Shown here in pieces: positions 1 through 20,395 of a stretch of DNA of 64,000 nucleotides; positions within the stretch are counted from its first letter, which is position 1; every line of letters starts with the position of its first letter. The position numbers were made by a program, and so were the translations under genes. A model generated the notes under the pieces. That model made no database searches and had not been told where the DNA came from. It worked only from the letters and a program-made list of their open reading frames with translations. The DNA is from Amoebidium appalachense. Lineage: Eukaryota; Protista; Ichthyosporea. The stretch covers positions 19,662,125 through 19,726,124 of the forward strand of contig CAVNZM010000001.1 of assembly GCA_963693365.1 (NCBI GenBank), read 5' to 3'.

Positions 1-220
<220 letters not shown>

Positions 221-559
221 CCCCCCCCCCCCCCCCCCTCTCAACCTTCCCCCTCCCCTCCGACTTATCTCTCTCTCACTCTCCCTCGCCCACGGCGCCG
301 CCCCCCCCTCTTACCCCCCGCCCTTTAATGGGACCATGTCCCCCTTTTCTTGGTTGGTCTCCTAAAGGGAAGCAAGGGGAAGATTGGAGAGGGGAGGGAG
401 AAAGGTTTTTTTTTTTTTTTTTGGAGAGGGGGGGGGGGGGGGGGGGGGTACAGTGTTTATCTGTGTTCCTGGGGGGGGTTCATTTTCCTTTTCTTTTCTT
501 TTTCCCTTCTGTTGTTCAAAGTTCTTTCGTTCTCTCCTTTCCTTTTTCTTTTCTTTTTT

Positions 560-590
<31 letters not shown>

Positions 591-629
591 GGAGGGGGGG
601 GGGAGGGGAATTACGGTGTTTATCTGTCT

Positions 630-660
<31 letters not shown>

Positions 661-894
661 GGGGGGTTGTGGGTGCTTGTGTGTGCGCGCACGTCACTGG
701 TTTTTTCCCTTCCTGTTGTTCAAAGTTCTTTCTCTCCTTCCTTCGTGTGTTTGTGTTTGTGTGTGTGTGTATGGTGTTTGTGCGTGAGTGTGTGTGTGTG
801 ACACTGCGTGTGTCTTTGTGTGGTGCACGTGTGTGCATGTGTATGTGTGTGTGTGCGTATGCGTGTGTCGGTATGTGCTTGTCTGTGCACGCCG

Positions 895-1046
<152 letters not shown>

Positions 1047-1918
1047 GGAGCCGGGGATAGGAGGGGAATAGGAGGAGGGGGCGGGGGGGATAGCTGACTG
1101 GTCGGGACCGTTTAACCTTTTTGCTCGAGCCGGCACTTCATTCATTTGGCAAACGTTTGGACTGCATCCTTTGGCAGGCATTTTTTACAGCTGGACCAGG
1201 TTCTAAGAGTATTATTAAACGTTTCTTTCAAAGTTTGCCAACATATGCCCGGTGTTTCTTCTTTCCCCTTCTCTATCTTCATTGACACTCTGTCATTCTT
1301 TCCTTTCTCTCTCATGCTCTTTCTCCCCACTGGCCCTCCCTTCATCCTCATGACAGTGGACCTTTGTTCTATCTCCCACTGTGCTTCCCTCCCTTCCCTG
1401 CCCCTCCCTACCTTTGTGCCTCCCTACCTGCCTCTCCCCCTCTCTCGTCCCCACCTCCCACCCAGCAATCCAGCCACCCACCCTTCATCCCCCCCCCCCC
1501 CCCCCCCCCCCCCTCCGGGAGGCTTCTCCTCTCCGTACTGTACCTTTGTCTTTAATTATCGCAAATATTTGGCTTTCAGGAAGTACCCACCGGCGTGGCT
1601 GGGGTTAATACCCTGGGCAAAGTGTGTGCGAGAGTACTGTCGGTGCTGAATGGAAGACGGCAGTTCCCCAAGAGGGCCACGAGGGGTCCCTCTTGGAACA
1701 AAACGCGATAAAATAAAAAAAATAAAAATGGCTTTCAGGAAGGGTATTTTGTTTCGGGTGGGGAGGGGTTCAGGGAGGAGGGGAAGGGGGGGGGGGGGGG
1801 GGGGGGGGGGGGAGGGGGGAGGGAGGGACGGGGGGCACTGGGTCGGGGTGGTGGTCGTACAGCAAGCGAATGGGTTTCCCGACGGGGGAAAATATAAAAA
1901 TAAAAGAGAGAGGGGGGA

Positions 1919-1955
<37 letters not shown>

Positions 1956-2434
1956 TATCCGATTCAGAAGGGATTGAAAGGGGGATCGCCGTTAGACTTT
2001 CTCCAGAACTTTTCAAAAAAAAAAAAAACCTGTCAAAAAATGGGACATTTACCAGTATATCTGACTCCCCTCCCTGCCTCCCCACCTTCTTCCCCTTCCC
2101 CCCCCTCCCCTCTCCCCCCGACTCACACACACGTGCGCGCGCACACACATGTACACGCATCACCCTTCGGCTTCTCTCTCTCCCTCTCACACACATAAGT
2201 GCACAGGCTGAGCCTCAGTTAACGTGGGTCAATTGCAATGCTACGTATGCGTTATTCACCAAGGTCACGAGCCTAAAATGTCGCGAAGATATCTCGGTAG
2301 TTTATCAGTTTCGATTCTTACCCTCAGAATCTGATGTCATTTCTTCATGCCGCACCGGCACCTTGGTCTTTAAAATTTGGACACAACCTTAACTGGTTCA
2401 TATATAAAATCCCTCCTCCCCCCCTCACCCCCCG

Positions 2435-2469
<35 letters not shown>

Positions 2470-3967
2470 AGCCCCACACACACACGAACAAACGCTCCCT
2501 GAAGCCCCCTCCGGATCTCCCTCCCTCCCTCCCGCGAGCCCTTTCAGATCTTTACTGTATCCCACGAAAGTTTCGTGCTGCACACTCAGATTATCAGTTG
2601 CCACGATTTATTATGACTATGCAAAAGCATGAGACAGCTGTATGATGACTGAACAACCACTACAGTGAAAGTGATCATGAAGACAGCCGGTTATCATGAA
2701 GATTGAGGTTAAAAGCGACTGGTCATTTTAGGGGACAGATTCTGAGAGCTGGGTCAGCGCCCCCAAACACCCATTTGCCCTCCCCCACAGCCTGTTATGA
2801 AGCCGCGCCAATTTTCGCCCCCACCAATAGGAACGGCGATTGGGAACGCAATGATTGGGCCGCCCAAACGGCAACTGTGTCCCAACTGCCTGGTTGCCAG
2901 ATCCGGCTTTTACCACAGGCCCACCGCTACAGCATATCCCACAGCTTCCTATTTAACATCGGTCAAAACACAGTATCTACCACTAATTATAGCTTCTAAG
3001 ATTAATTGCTCTGCCTGAATAGAGCTCCTGCTAAGAAATCGCCCTTCGGTTTCCATCTCAAGATATGCTTGGTCCGTCAGGTGACAGGTTGCTGAACCCC
3101 AAGAACTGCAACTTGCTTTTATGATTCTAACCCAATCATATAACGCGTACTAAATATCCTCCATGTGATTTAATCAATGTCATACTAGCAAATTAGCCAG
3201 CAATCAACCGCTATTCCTATTGGTTGGTTCCGGGCATCAGCAAACTGGGTTCTTCCGAAAGCTGCCCCACCCATGTGGGGGTAGACGCACAGCGAACCGG
3301 CCTGCTAGTCAGTTCGCTCGGTGGATGTGGGAGGGTAAGGTTGCTAGCGTACGTGCTGTGGTTGTAGGGGACCTTTTTTGTTGCAAAACCCGGTAAAGTG
3401 GTGTTTTTTTTTTTTTTCAACGGTGCATACTCGATCAAGGGAGGGACAAACTAGCCAGAATTTCGATTCACCGGGGCTTCTCAGTTGTTTTCCTTCCTTG
3501 TCATCAGCTGTTTTGGTTTTTTGTTCATTACAAACGGGTCGTGCTCTTCCAACGTTGTTTGAAGAGATTATGCAGCATCACAAGTAGAGGCCGAACCCAG
3601 ATACATGCAGGTGCATACATGCATACACTTTCCCGCAACAGTTACAGATTCATACAACCAGACTAGTTGAAATTTCCTGTTCATTTCACCTTTTTTTACT
3701 AAGTTATTTCTTGTAACATTTCTGGTGACTTTGGTGCATGGGCCACACATGCGTTGTCATGTGTGCATGTGCATCAGCAAAATAGAATGGAGGACATTAC
3801 GAAGGACCACCCCGTACGCACACAAATAGGTGAGTGGTGAGCACACTGTGACACGTCATGCATCTCAGCACTCCTCGGATAATGTACCCTGATTAGGGCC
3901 GGCTAATATTAGCAAATCTCAGTATGTGCAGGGGGCAAAGGTTGGGGCAGGTAGGTAATAAGGAGGG

Positions 3968-4053
<86 letters not shown>

Positions 4054-4718
4054 GTTTGTGTGTGTGTGTGTGTGTGCCACTGGTGTGCATGCGCATGAGT
4101 GTGTGTATGTGCGTGTGTGCGTGTGTGCGTGTGTGCGTGTGTGCGTGCGTGCGTGTGTGGGTGGGTGGGTGGGTGTGTGCGCCTGCGCGTGTGCGTGTTT
4201 GTGTGTGTCATGTGGTGTGTGTGGTTTGTGATGGTGCGCACCGCACATGCCCGTGTGTGCGCGTGCTTGTATGCTAGAGTGCAGGCATGACACCCCATGC
4301 GTTCATGCGTGCCTGCTTGCCGGCGTGCCTGCGTGCAGGTGCTAATGTGTGGATTCGTGGGTTCATGTATGTGTGTGCGTGTGTCCCTGTTTGTGTGTGT
4401 ATGTGTGTGTCTTTGATGTCTTCGACTTCGAATTAAGAGTTGGAATGGGGTGGATTGTTTCAAATGGTGTATGTTTGGAAGGGGGATTGCTCTAAGTACA
4501 CACATCTTTGAACGTATTCAATGATTTCAGGCGGGTGACAGCATGAATCGTTGTAGCACTATGCACTCGCAGGTTGAGAAGTATGTATAAGTGTAACCAC
4601 ACCTATGAGTTGACACGGACTGTTTGACCCTTTTTGTGACTTCGAATTCGTTTTCAGCAACTGCTATCGCCCCTGGTATTCCATGTAACCCCTTCTAACC
4701 TCTCTCTCTCTCTCTCTC

Positions 4719-4763
<45 letters not shown>

Positions 4764-5000
4764 ACCCCACCTCAACAAACACATAACATACACCTTGGTT
4801 TTTGGGCCTTTTTTTTGGGGGGGGGGGGAGGGGGGAGGAGGGGGGAGATCCTTAGTGGGGGAGAGCAGAGGAGAAAGGGGACGGGGGTAGGGGAAGGGTG
4901 GGGGGGTAAGGGAGAAGCGGGAATGGAGGCACTCACTATTACCCTTCACCCCCATCTTATTCCCACCCTACACCACCCCCACCCTTCCCGTTCCATGGGG

Positions 5001-5036
<36 letters not shown>

Positions 5037-5075
5037 ACACGCCACCACCACCACGACCAACACTCGTGAAACACC

Positions 5076-5456
<381 letters not shown>

Positions 5457-5693
5457 GCTGTACATGTTGCCTTCGTCTACCATGAAGCTGTACTTGTTAC
5501 AATGCAGTGCATGGAATCATTATAGCTGGTCCGAATAAACAGGAATTCTTTAAGAACACCACTTACCACCCTGTCCCTACCCCCTTCCCCTTTATCCTCT
5601 GCCCCCTCCCACCAAAAGTCTCTTTTCCTCCTTCGGATTCTATTGGCTGTGTCCACGTGCACGTGTAAGAAAACTGACCACTTGGGTGTGCAG

Positions 5694-6059
5694 ACGGGGA
5701 CATGGGCAGCCTGATTGGGGCCGGGCTGGGCAACCACCCGACCCTGCAGCAGCTATCGTCCATTGCAAGTATTCTGTTCAAAGGCAAGTGTCCCTGGGGG
5801 GTACTGTGAGGGACAAGTCTGGTTTCGATCGAATCAAGGAACTAAAATGTGTGTACAGTAGTCTTGGCATAAAGGTGGTGTGTTAATTACGGTACGTCAT
5901 CTTAATATTTGCAAAAGGCAAAGTAGGGTGGGTTGAGAGAACTCAGAAGAGAGGATCGTTGGGTGCAGTGTGGTGTGGAGTATTGAGAATGCTTGTTTAA
6001 TACTGACATTCAATACCAAATCATCATGCGGGAGCCCTCCTACTCTCACCCTCACCTCC

Positions 6060-6095
<36 letters not shown>

Positions 6096-6644
6096 ATCAC
6101 CCGGCCAGAAAATTTGAAAGAAAGACTCTCGGAACGAATTCTAGAAGAAGACAGAGAGAATAGCAAGCTAAATATTTGGTTTGAGGAAACAGTACCCTAA
6201 TTGTTTTGATTTGGAAAGGAAATGGCACACAGAAGATGTGTGCCTGTGAACAGACCGTTAACAGATATTGTGCCCAGATGAGCCGACCGAGGCTGCCCCC
6301 CACCACATGCACGACATCACGGGCATGAGCAGGTCTGCAACGTGGCCAGACAGCCTCTCCAGGTGCACGTCCGTAGGTGGGTGCAAAGGGTGCAGTTGAG
6401 CACCGTACTTCTGCTGAATATTGTGTGTGTGTCACCGTATCTTCTTAAGCTTGTGGATTTGTTTTGATGGGTCACAGAAAGTTTTACACAGTGACCTATA
6501 CTACACTGCACCATATGGATATGAGCACGTGATTGCACACATGAGCATTATATAAGGAGTGAGGGTTGCGCGAATCAACACTACAGATCTGACAGTAGCT
6601 CCCCCCCTCCCCCTCCCCCCTCCCCCCCCCCCCCCAAGCCAATA

Positions 6645-6687
<43 letters not shown>

Positions 6688-9108
6688 AAAAAAAAAAAAA
6701 AACGCTGAAAAAAAACAGAGACAGGTGACACACAGGACAGCACATTTTCGCTGGATGGCGACCCCCTTGGGATGTCACCGTGGGCCAGTCCAGCAGCAAG
6801 CAGCCCCTCTGGCCAGCCCGACAAGAAGACACGGCTGTCAGAGAAAAGACGCAGAGAGGCCGAGAAGAGGTGCTGGCTTGCGCTGTCTCCCTTTGCCCTC
6901 TACTTAAAAACAGTTAATTTATTATTCATATCATGTTGGTTGAGGTAGCAAGTACGGCCAGCGATCTTTCCAAGTTATTAACTATGTTTGGAATACAACA
7001 TGGGTAGGGGCAGTGAAGGTGGTAGCGCGGAAAAGGAAGAATGGAAGAAGAAAACGTTGGGGAAGGGGGATGATTGTGTAAAGCAGATGTGCCACATCTT
7101 CTTCGTTTTTTATATTTTCACATTCTTCAGAGTACCACGTGTACAAGCTTCCCGATATACCCCCCCCCCCCCCCTCCCCCCTCCCCCTTCCCCCCCCCCC
7201 CCCCCCCCCCCCCCAGAAAAAAAAACAAAAAAAAATAATAAAATAAAATAATAAAATAAAAAACCTACCCACCCACGATTCCCTCCGTCTTCTTCTCCGA
7301 AATCTAATTTAGAGCAAATTCTCGAATCAATAACATTCACACGCACAAAAAGCCCTACATACACAACTAACATTTTCCATACGCGCACGAATCAAAAGCA
7401 CACACACCGGGACACACAACTCTCACATGTTCACAACCCTCTCCCCCCTCCCCCGTCGCCTGCCCCTCCCCCCCCCCCCCCCCCCCTCCCCCCCTCCCCC
7501 CACCCTACCCTCTCCCGTCCCGGCAACCCCCCCCCCCCCCCCAAAAAAAAAAGTCACTTTGCAGTGCTGCGGCAGCTGCTGCCTGATGACGATGGCCAGC
7601 GGCCCACAGGCAAGAAGAGGGGGAGGGGGGGCAAGGAGACCAAGGCGGACATCATACGCAGGTGTGTGTTTTGTGTAGTGTAGTATACAGTGACGGTGTG
7701 TGTGTGCGGGCGCGTGCGTGTGCAAGTGCGTCTGTGTGTGTGTGGGTGTGTCTTTTGTTTTTGTTGCCTTATTCCACACTGTCCACTCTTGGTGCGACGC
7801 GATGCACACGTGCGAATGTGTGTGGACATGGCTAGGTGGAGCTGTGGACGAAAATTCTAGCCAAACTGATATGAGAATAATCATGAAAAAATCTGCTGCA
7901 TTCTACTTTCGTCTCTCTCACTGGCCTGACCCTTCGGTGACTTCATTGATACCCAATATACCCATTTCCTACCAAACAACCCCCCCCCCCCCCCCCCCCC
8001 CCCATCAGGACGGTGGGGTACATCTCGCAACTGCAAAAGGACATAAACACGGCAAGTGGAGACTTTGAACGGCTGCTGCAGGAGAACAGCACCCTCAGAG
8101 CACGGTGGGTGTAACGTGCACGTGTTTTTCGGTTGTGCATGTGTGTGCTGTTGTGCGCCTGGTACTTTTCTTGTTTGCTTGTGCGCGTGTCATAAATTTG
8201 CATGTGTGCGGTTTGGGTTCTGTACCCATTGAATCCAATGTGCAAGATGTACACATGTATACACACTTAAGCACAGATATACACACTTAAATACGTGTAA
8301 ACACATGTAAACACAAGTGCACGTAAATGCAGGTTTACCCAAGTACGGTGGGAATTGGTGGGGTGGATGTGTGGGCATTTGTTGTCGAGGGACGAGAGTT
8401 TCTGAGAGATTTGGCTTAGATGCTATGGCTATTAATAGATCGGGGGCTGAGTATTGGTGCAAACAGTGTTGCTGATCTTCACCCAATCAGATTCGACCAG
8501 CTGGTGGGGTCTGCACTCGAGCTGACGCCCACGACCACGGAGCAGCCATCCCCCCTGCTGTGGAGCGCACAGGGACAGACTCACAGGTGCGCGCCCGTGC
8601 GTGTGTGTTGTGTTTGTGTGTGTTTGTGTGTGTGTGTGTCTATGTGTCACGGTGTGTGTGTGTGTGTGTGTGTGCGTGTGCGTTCGCGTGCATGTGTGTG
8701 CATGCATGTGCGTGTGTGTGCGTCCATGCGCGCTTGTGGTCGTAGGCATATGTGCTCTAAATCGTGTGTGTGCATGTCTATAAACCAAGGAAGAGCGCAC
8801 AAGATCTGAGCCTCTTCACGTGTGCCAAATTTCCACACCTGCATGCACATTGGTACAAGCACAGGGAGCCTGAGAATATTCCTTGTCTTGAGTGCAAAAA
8901 TGGATTTTGTTTTCTCTGTCTTCCCGCTCATGCTCGCGCAATCTCAAGCTTTACCATCCATGTTGCCTCATGTATCCTGTTAATGCCTCCCCCCCCCCCC
9001 CCCCTTTTAATCTTACTTAAGCTTTTTGGCACATGCACCCTAGCAACGCAGTATTTAGGTCATCAGTCCTGGTTTTGCTAACACCCCCCCCCCCCCCTCC
9101 CCCCCCCC

Positions 9109-9146
<38 letters not shown>

Positions 9147-9528
9147 CCTTCCTCCCCCTGAACCATTGGCCCATCCCTCGCTTTCCACCCCTTTCATCCT
9201 GCGCCGCCACAAAATCCATTGCCGGAGCTCCCCCTCCCCCCCCCCCCCCCCCCCAAACCCCACAACCCCCGCTCCTCCTACCCTGCCTGCCCCCCATCCC
9301 CACAAAACCGTAACTCCATTATCAACCCTGCCAGCCACCCATCCCCTTGGCCCGACCCCCCTGCCCCCTTGCCCGGGCCCCTACCCCGGGAGCACCCTGC
9401 CCATAACCCCGTTGGGAGATCCGGATCCGCGTGGGAGCTTGGGCCTGGCTTGGAGCTGAATGCTGGGTGGCTGGGTGGTGATGTGCCGATCAACGACCAC
9501 TTTTACCAGGCAAGTAGCAGCTCCCCCC

Positions 9529-9565
<37 letters not shown>

Positions 9566-9589
9566 ATATAAAAAAAAATATCATTATAT

Positions 9590-9629
<40 letters not shown>

Positions 9630-9695
9630 TTACCAGGCAAGTAGCAGCTCCCCCCCCCCCCAAAAAAAAAAAAAAAAAAAAAAAAATCATTATAT

Positions 9696-9735
<40 letters not shown>

Positions 9736-9749
9736 TTACCAGGCCGCTA

Positions 9750-9780
<31 letters not shown>

Positions 9781-9805
9781 ATAATAATAAAAAAAATCAT
9801 TATAT

Positions 9806-9899
<94 letters not shown>

Positions 9900-10212
9900 G
9901 CGCGCGCGCGCGCGCGCACGCACACACATTCGCACACACATGCACACACAGTACCATAGCTATTGCCTCCATCGCATCCCCCTCCATGTGTTTTTTTTCT
10001 TAGGGGGAGGGGAAAAAACTGAGACTGTGGGACGATTGCGCCCATAGATGATCGAATTTATACCTGGGCCTTTTGTGCATTTGCACACCGTGCACATGGG
10101 TACCGTGCCACAGACGGGTCGATAACATATACTATCACCACAGGAGCTTGTGCAGTCTATGCGGCAAGACACCCACTCCAGCCATCAGCATCATTTCGGG
10201 ACCCAGTACTAG
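5694..10212 (+). CDS. bHLH-leucine zipper transcription factor (Max/Mlx/USF-type architecture), multi-exon, 5' end not found
   Basis: Phase-consistent exons 5694-5783, 6278-6376, 6725-6869, 7554-7661, 8009-8104, 8491-8586, 9335-9509, 10144-10212. Spliced core reads KKTRLSEKRRREAEKSHFAVLRQLLP-DDDGQRPTGKKRGRGG-KETKADIIRRTVGYISQLQKDINTASGDFERLLQENSTLRARFDQL: basic ExxRR, helix 1 FxxLRxLLP, helix 2 KAxII..T..YI..L, then a zipper. First and last exons are less certain. Confidence 0.8.
9498..9885 (+). repeat. Three-copy tandem repeat (~106-127 bp unit) of an exon end, donor site and intron start
   Basis: CACTTTTACCAGGC at 9498, 9625 and 9731, each followed by poly-C, poly-A, TCATTATATGTA and (CA)n. 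Confidence 0.9.
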
Positions 10213-10429
10213 GGGGGTCCATGCCGACTGGCCCGGAAAACTCTGATGATCGGAAAAAAGAGGCAAATGAAATTAGAGCAGCCTTGGAGGAGATTTTTTT
10301 TTTTTAAAAGGTGGCTGTTCGAAGTTCTTTTTTGTTATACCTAAAACAGCATTCATTTAGCCGTATTGGGGTCGCGGGTTAGTATTAATGAGCTGTACAA
10401 CAAGGTGGAGTTATCATGATGGTCTAGGA

Positions 10430-11837
10430 ATCGAGTGGCATAGTGAATCTGTGTTCTGAGATAGGATTTTGTATCGAGGTGGAGGATGAGTGGCGGGGGC
10501 TAGTGTTCGGGGTGGTGAGTGGTATACATGTGCATTTGTGTTATGAACTGTGTGTGTGTGTGTGTGTGTGTTTTTGTGTGTGTGTGTGTGTGTTTTGTGT
10601 GTGTTTGTGGTGGTACATGTACATCAGTGGTGCGAAGGTGGGTGGGAGGGGGAGGGGGGGGAGGGGGGGGGGGGAATAATATTATGAATCTGGCTACAAC
10701 GAAATTATTACTAATTATTATAGTTATCCGGGTAGATACATACACATTCATACTGGCTGGTTCCAGCATGTTCCACACTGGCTGCGGTCTGCAGCAGAGT
10801 GCTAGCGCCCCACCCCGGTATATGGTGGAGGATGAGTGGCGGGGGCTAGTGTTCGGGGTGGTGAGTGGTATACATGTGCATTTGTGTTATGAACTGTCTG
10901 TGTGTGTGTGTGTGTTTTTGTGTGTGTGTGTGTGTGTTTTGTGTGTGTTTGTGGTGGTACATGTACATCAGTGGTGCGAAGGTGGGTGGGAGGGGGAGGG
11001 GGGAAGGGTGGGTGGGTGGGTGGGGGGGGGGGGGGGGGGGGGGGGGAGATAATATTATGAATCTGGCTACAACGAAATTATTACTATTTATTATAGTTAT
11101 CCGGGTAGATACATACACATTCATACTGGCTGGTTCCAGCATGTTCCGCACTGGCTGCGGTCTGCGGCAGAGTGCTAACACCCCACCACTGCACCCCGGT
11201 ATGTCCGTGGCATAACCCGAGCAGGCCCCCGGCCAGGTGGCTCTCATATTCAATACATCTGCGGTCGGCTGAGAGAGAAGGTGTTTGAGAACACGGGCAT
11301 GTATTCCCTATCTGCATATGTAGCCCGTGTGTTCTCTGCCGACTTATTGCTCTGTTGGGCTAATGGCTAGACACCGAGGCTGTTGAAAAGACCGGTTATG
11401 TGCATCCTGGAAAACGTGACGTATGGCATATTCTGGTTATCTGCAAGACTCACAGATGTTGTAATGCACTTGGTTACCAAACTGTTTTATCCCCGGTTCG
11501 AGGTGAAACTTACGACTCATGTTACAAAGAAGTATGGTGGATTTCAAGTGCCTTTCACGTTTGAAGATCCAGAGAAAATGCCCGGAATCGTGCAGCTGAA
11601 TGCATGCATGGGTGCATCTGCAATTGGTGCAATTGCCATGGCGGCCGTTGTGAGCATGCATCGCGTGGAAATTGTTTACAAATGGGTTCCGAATACCAGC
11701 CGCATGAGCATTCGTGCATGCAGGTAGGTATGGACATTCATAACACCAAAACGCACACCCTTCGCCCCCGCGGTACCCGGTGTAGCCGCAACAAACCCGG
11801 CAACAGTTGCAAGCGCGGCAACAACAACTTTCAACAT
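10430..11837 (-). CDS. Possible small multi-exon secreted protein (structure uncertain)
   Basis: ATG at 11837(-) opens MLKVVVAALATVAGFVAATPGTAGAK (signal-peptide-like), followed by a GT donor. Further AG/GT-bounded open segments near 11440-11375 and 11258-11125, with a duplicated copy near 10845-10755. No recognisable domain. Confidence 0.35.
10478..11202. repeat. Tandem duplication of ~346 bp (10478-10821 and 10824-11202)
   Basis: Two near-identical copies starting GGTGGAGGATGAGTGGCGGGGGCTAG, differing mainly in microsatellite and poly-G length. Confidence 0.93.
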
Positions 11838-13559
11838 TGGAGACCCATGGGTCTCCTAAAACATAAAGAATAGAAGTAAAACCCGAACTTCCGCGGAAAA
11901 ACAAAATCAACTACACGGCACAGGCATACCTGACAAAAGTATTTATGCCATTATAACGTAGAAAAATATACATTTAGTTGATTAAACAACTATATATCGC
12001 ACTTTGAAAATTGCCTAAAGTTTACTAAACCTCAAGTTTAGATTTTTTTTTTTGACAATTGTTTTTCTTTCACTTCGATCTCTTAGCTGTTACGTCAACT
12101 TTTTTTTCCCGATTCTTCACCATGGCAGGTATATAAAGGCTTTCGTTTCTTCTTTTTGTGGTGGGACTCAGGGGAACGTGACTGCAGCGTGTGTGTGGTG
12201 TGGCCTGGTGTATTCCTACTGCTGTGAGAGTGTAGGGGCATCTCCCTTTCGCGGAGTTTCTCGCTTGAGAAGTGGTTTCTTCAACGCCTGGTGGTCCACT
12301 ACAACCTATGGTAACTTCTACATGCTGTCTACGCTTCTACGCGATCTATTGGCGGTGGGCTGCTGCAACTTCTTCAGCTACTTCTGCGCTGCGTGAGTGG
12401 AGGGGCGGCTACTTGGTCGTCGGGGAGCTTTCCAAGTGATTGCCAGTCCTTAGCCTCCAGTCGTATGGCAATGACCGGGTTTGCTTGCATGCATTCTGTA
12501 ATTGTGTTTTTCTGTGTGTCCTGCCACAACTAGGCCACCTTATCAGAGAGCTAGATGCAGTTTCTCCGGGTTATCTAGGGGCCGGGCCCGTTGGGATTGT
12601 TTTTAGCTCAGATTTGGTCTGCATGGCTCTTTTAGAGGCTGGCTTGCTTGCTGTGCCTCGGTAGGTTTTGAGGGGGGCCTGTTGGGAAGCAGCAGTAATG
12701 ATGTCTTCTTGCAATTGCGGAGTGTGGTGTGGTCAACATCGATGCATATGACTAGTTGGAGCAAACTAGTTTCACGCATACACGTACACTTAAGGTATTG
12801 CCCGCTGGTGTCCTTTGTCACTTGTCGCTTTATTTTTATTTCGTAGCTTTGGCTTTTTCAGTTCTATTGGTGGGTACCTATGTAGCCTGTGGCTGCACGT
12901 TGCCTTCATCAACGCATCAATAAAACCGAGTCAAAAGAAAAAAATTGTTTTTGTTGAAGGAGCCATCAGTAACCCCACAAATTGAGGTGTTGGGGGACTA
13001 GGCTTGGTGCGGACCTGACCAATGTGCCATCTTTTACTTTAGCCATTTGTGGTTATTTATTTTCCAGACATGTCGCCTGTCTCAGCTGCCTGTCTCGTGA
13101 ATCGTCTCCTGTCACGGTGAGCCTGGCTGTAGACGGTGTTTTACTCAACTCTGAAGAACAACATGTGTACACCTGTCTCGAGCGTTTGACTTTGCCCGAT
13201 CAGTGCAAACGTTCGGGGGCAAACAGCGTTACTTTGCAGAAGAAAGTTCATAGTATAAGAGCACATAAGCATTCGGACCCATCTATGCACATGCCCATCA
13301 AGGTTACACGAACACGCACATGTGCAACACCACCAACACATGTACACCACAACCGTAAACGGCACAACAACAAGTAGGTTTTAGCCTAGCCACACAACAG
13401 TCCACAGGCACTGAACACTGATGGAAAATATCACAGTGAAGGACCAGGCAATCGTCTAGAGGTACGTTGAGGATGGAAGATTGGGCGGGAAGAGTGAAGG
13501 GATGGGAGGTAGGGTTAGGGGAGGGGGAGGGGGGGGGGGAGGGGGGAGGGAGCCCGGTT

Positions 13560-13594
<35 letters not shown>

Positions 13595-14603
13595 CTGTGT
13601 ACGGAGGAGGTTGGCGGTTAGGAGCCGGGCTGTGAGGGATTCCGAACGGAAGGATTTTAGAAAGATGGCTTCATTTTGGAGCGTCAGGAAGCGCGTTGGG
13701 GTAGGTCGAGGGCAGACAACCGGCGCCGTGGCTGGTGGCTGGGCGGGTGGATGGGTTTGGGAAGGCCAGCGGGGGAAGGATTTGTGCACATCACAGAGAT
13801 TGAGTGGTCCTACCACACACATCTGTTCATAGGCACACAAGAAAAAGTTACAACGAAGCTGATCGTACAAACTGTTAAATGAGCGGACTGTGCACGCTTC
13901 ACATGACACAACCTTCCCTTCTGCTTACATATTCTGGGCCGTGCGTGACTTGTATGCACTATAATTACAGTGACCTAACACGATTGCCCCCCCCCCCCCC
14001 CTCCCCCCCCCCCCCCCCCCCTCCACCTCCCCCGAGCCTCCCCCCCCCCTCCCCCCCCTCCCCCCATAAACTGCCGCCTTCTGCCACTCCGTGTCCGCCC
14101 TGTATTTGTGTGTGTGTGTTCGTACTTCGTACCGTGCAGCACACTCTTGCGCCTGCACTCCCATTCCCTCCCCTCCACTGATCCTCTTTAACAGTGTGTT
14201 GCAGCGTGTTGTCGTTTTTTCTTGCCGAAAACTCCTGGTTTCCTATGCCTCTGGGCCCACCTCTCCTCCCTCCTTCCCCTTTAGCCCTTGGAACCTCCCC
14301 TTTCCCGTGCTTTTGTTTGTCTTGCTTCTTTATTTTCTTTTTTTTGCCTCCCCTTTCGCTTTATACCTTCTTACGTGCATGTTTTTCAAGTCGGCATAAG
14401 CACCCGAGTGTTGATGTTTCCACAGTTTCTTCATTCCCTGCATGTCTCCTCGCCCCTATCCTTGTCTTCAACCCCCTGCCCCCCCCCCCCCCCCCCCCCC
14501 CCCTCCCCCCCCTCCCTCCCCCTCCCCCCCTCCCCCCGCCTCCTCCTCCTCTTTTCCCATGCCCGCTATGCCTAACCTCGTCCTTGCAGGCCACCTGCCT
14601 AAT

Positions 14604-20395
<5,792 letters not shown>

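Noticed and set aside
7131-7138. 8-nt microexon to bridge bHLH helix 1
   Set aside because: The acceptor at 7553 gives a canonical helix 1 (KSHFAVLRQLLP) without it.
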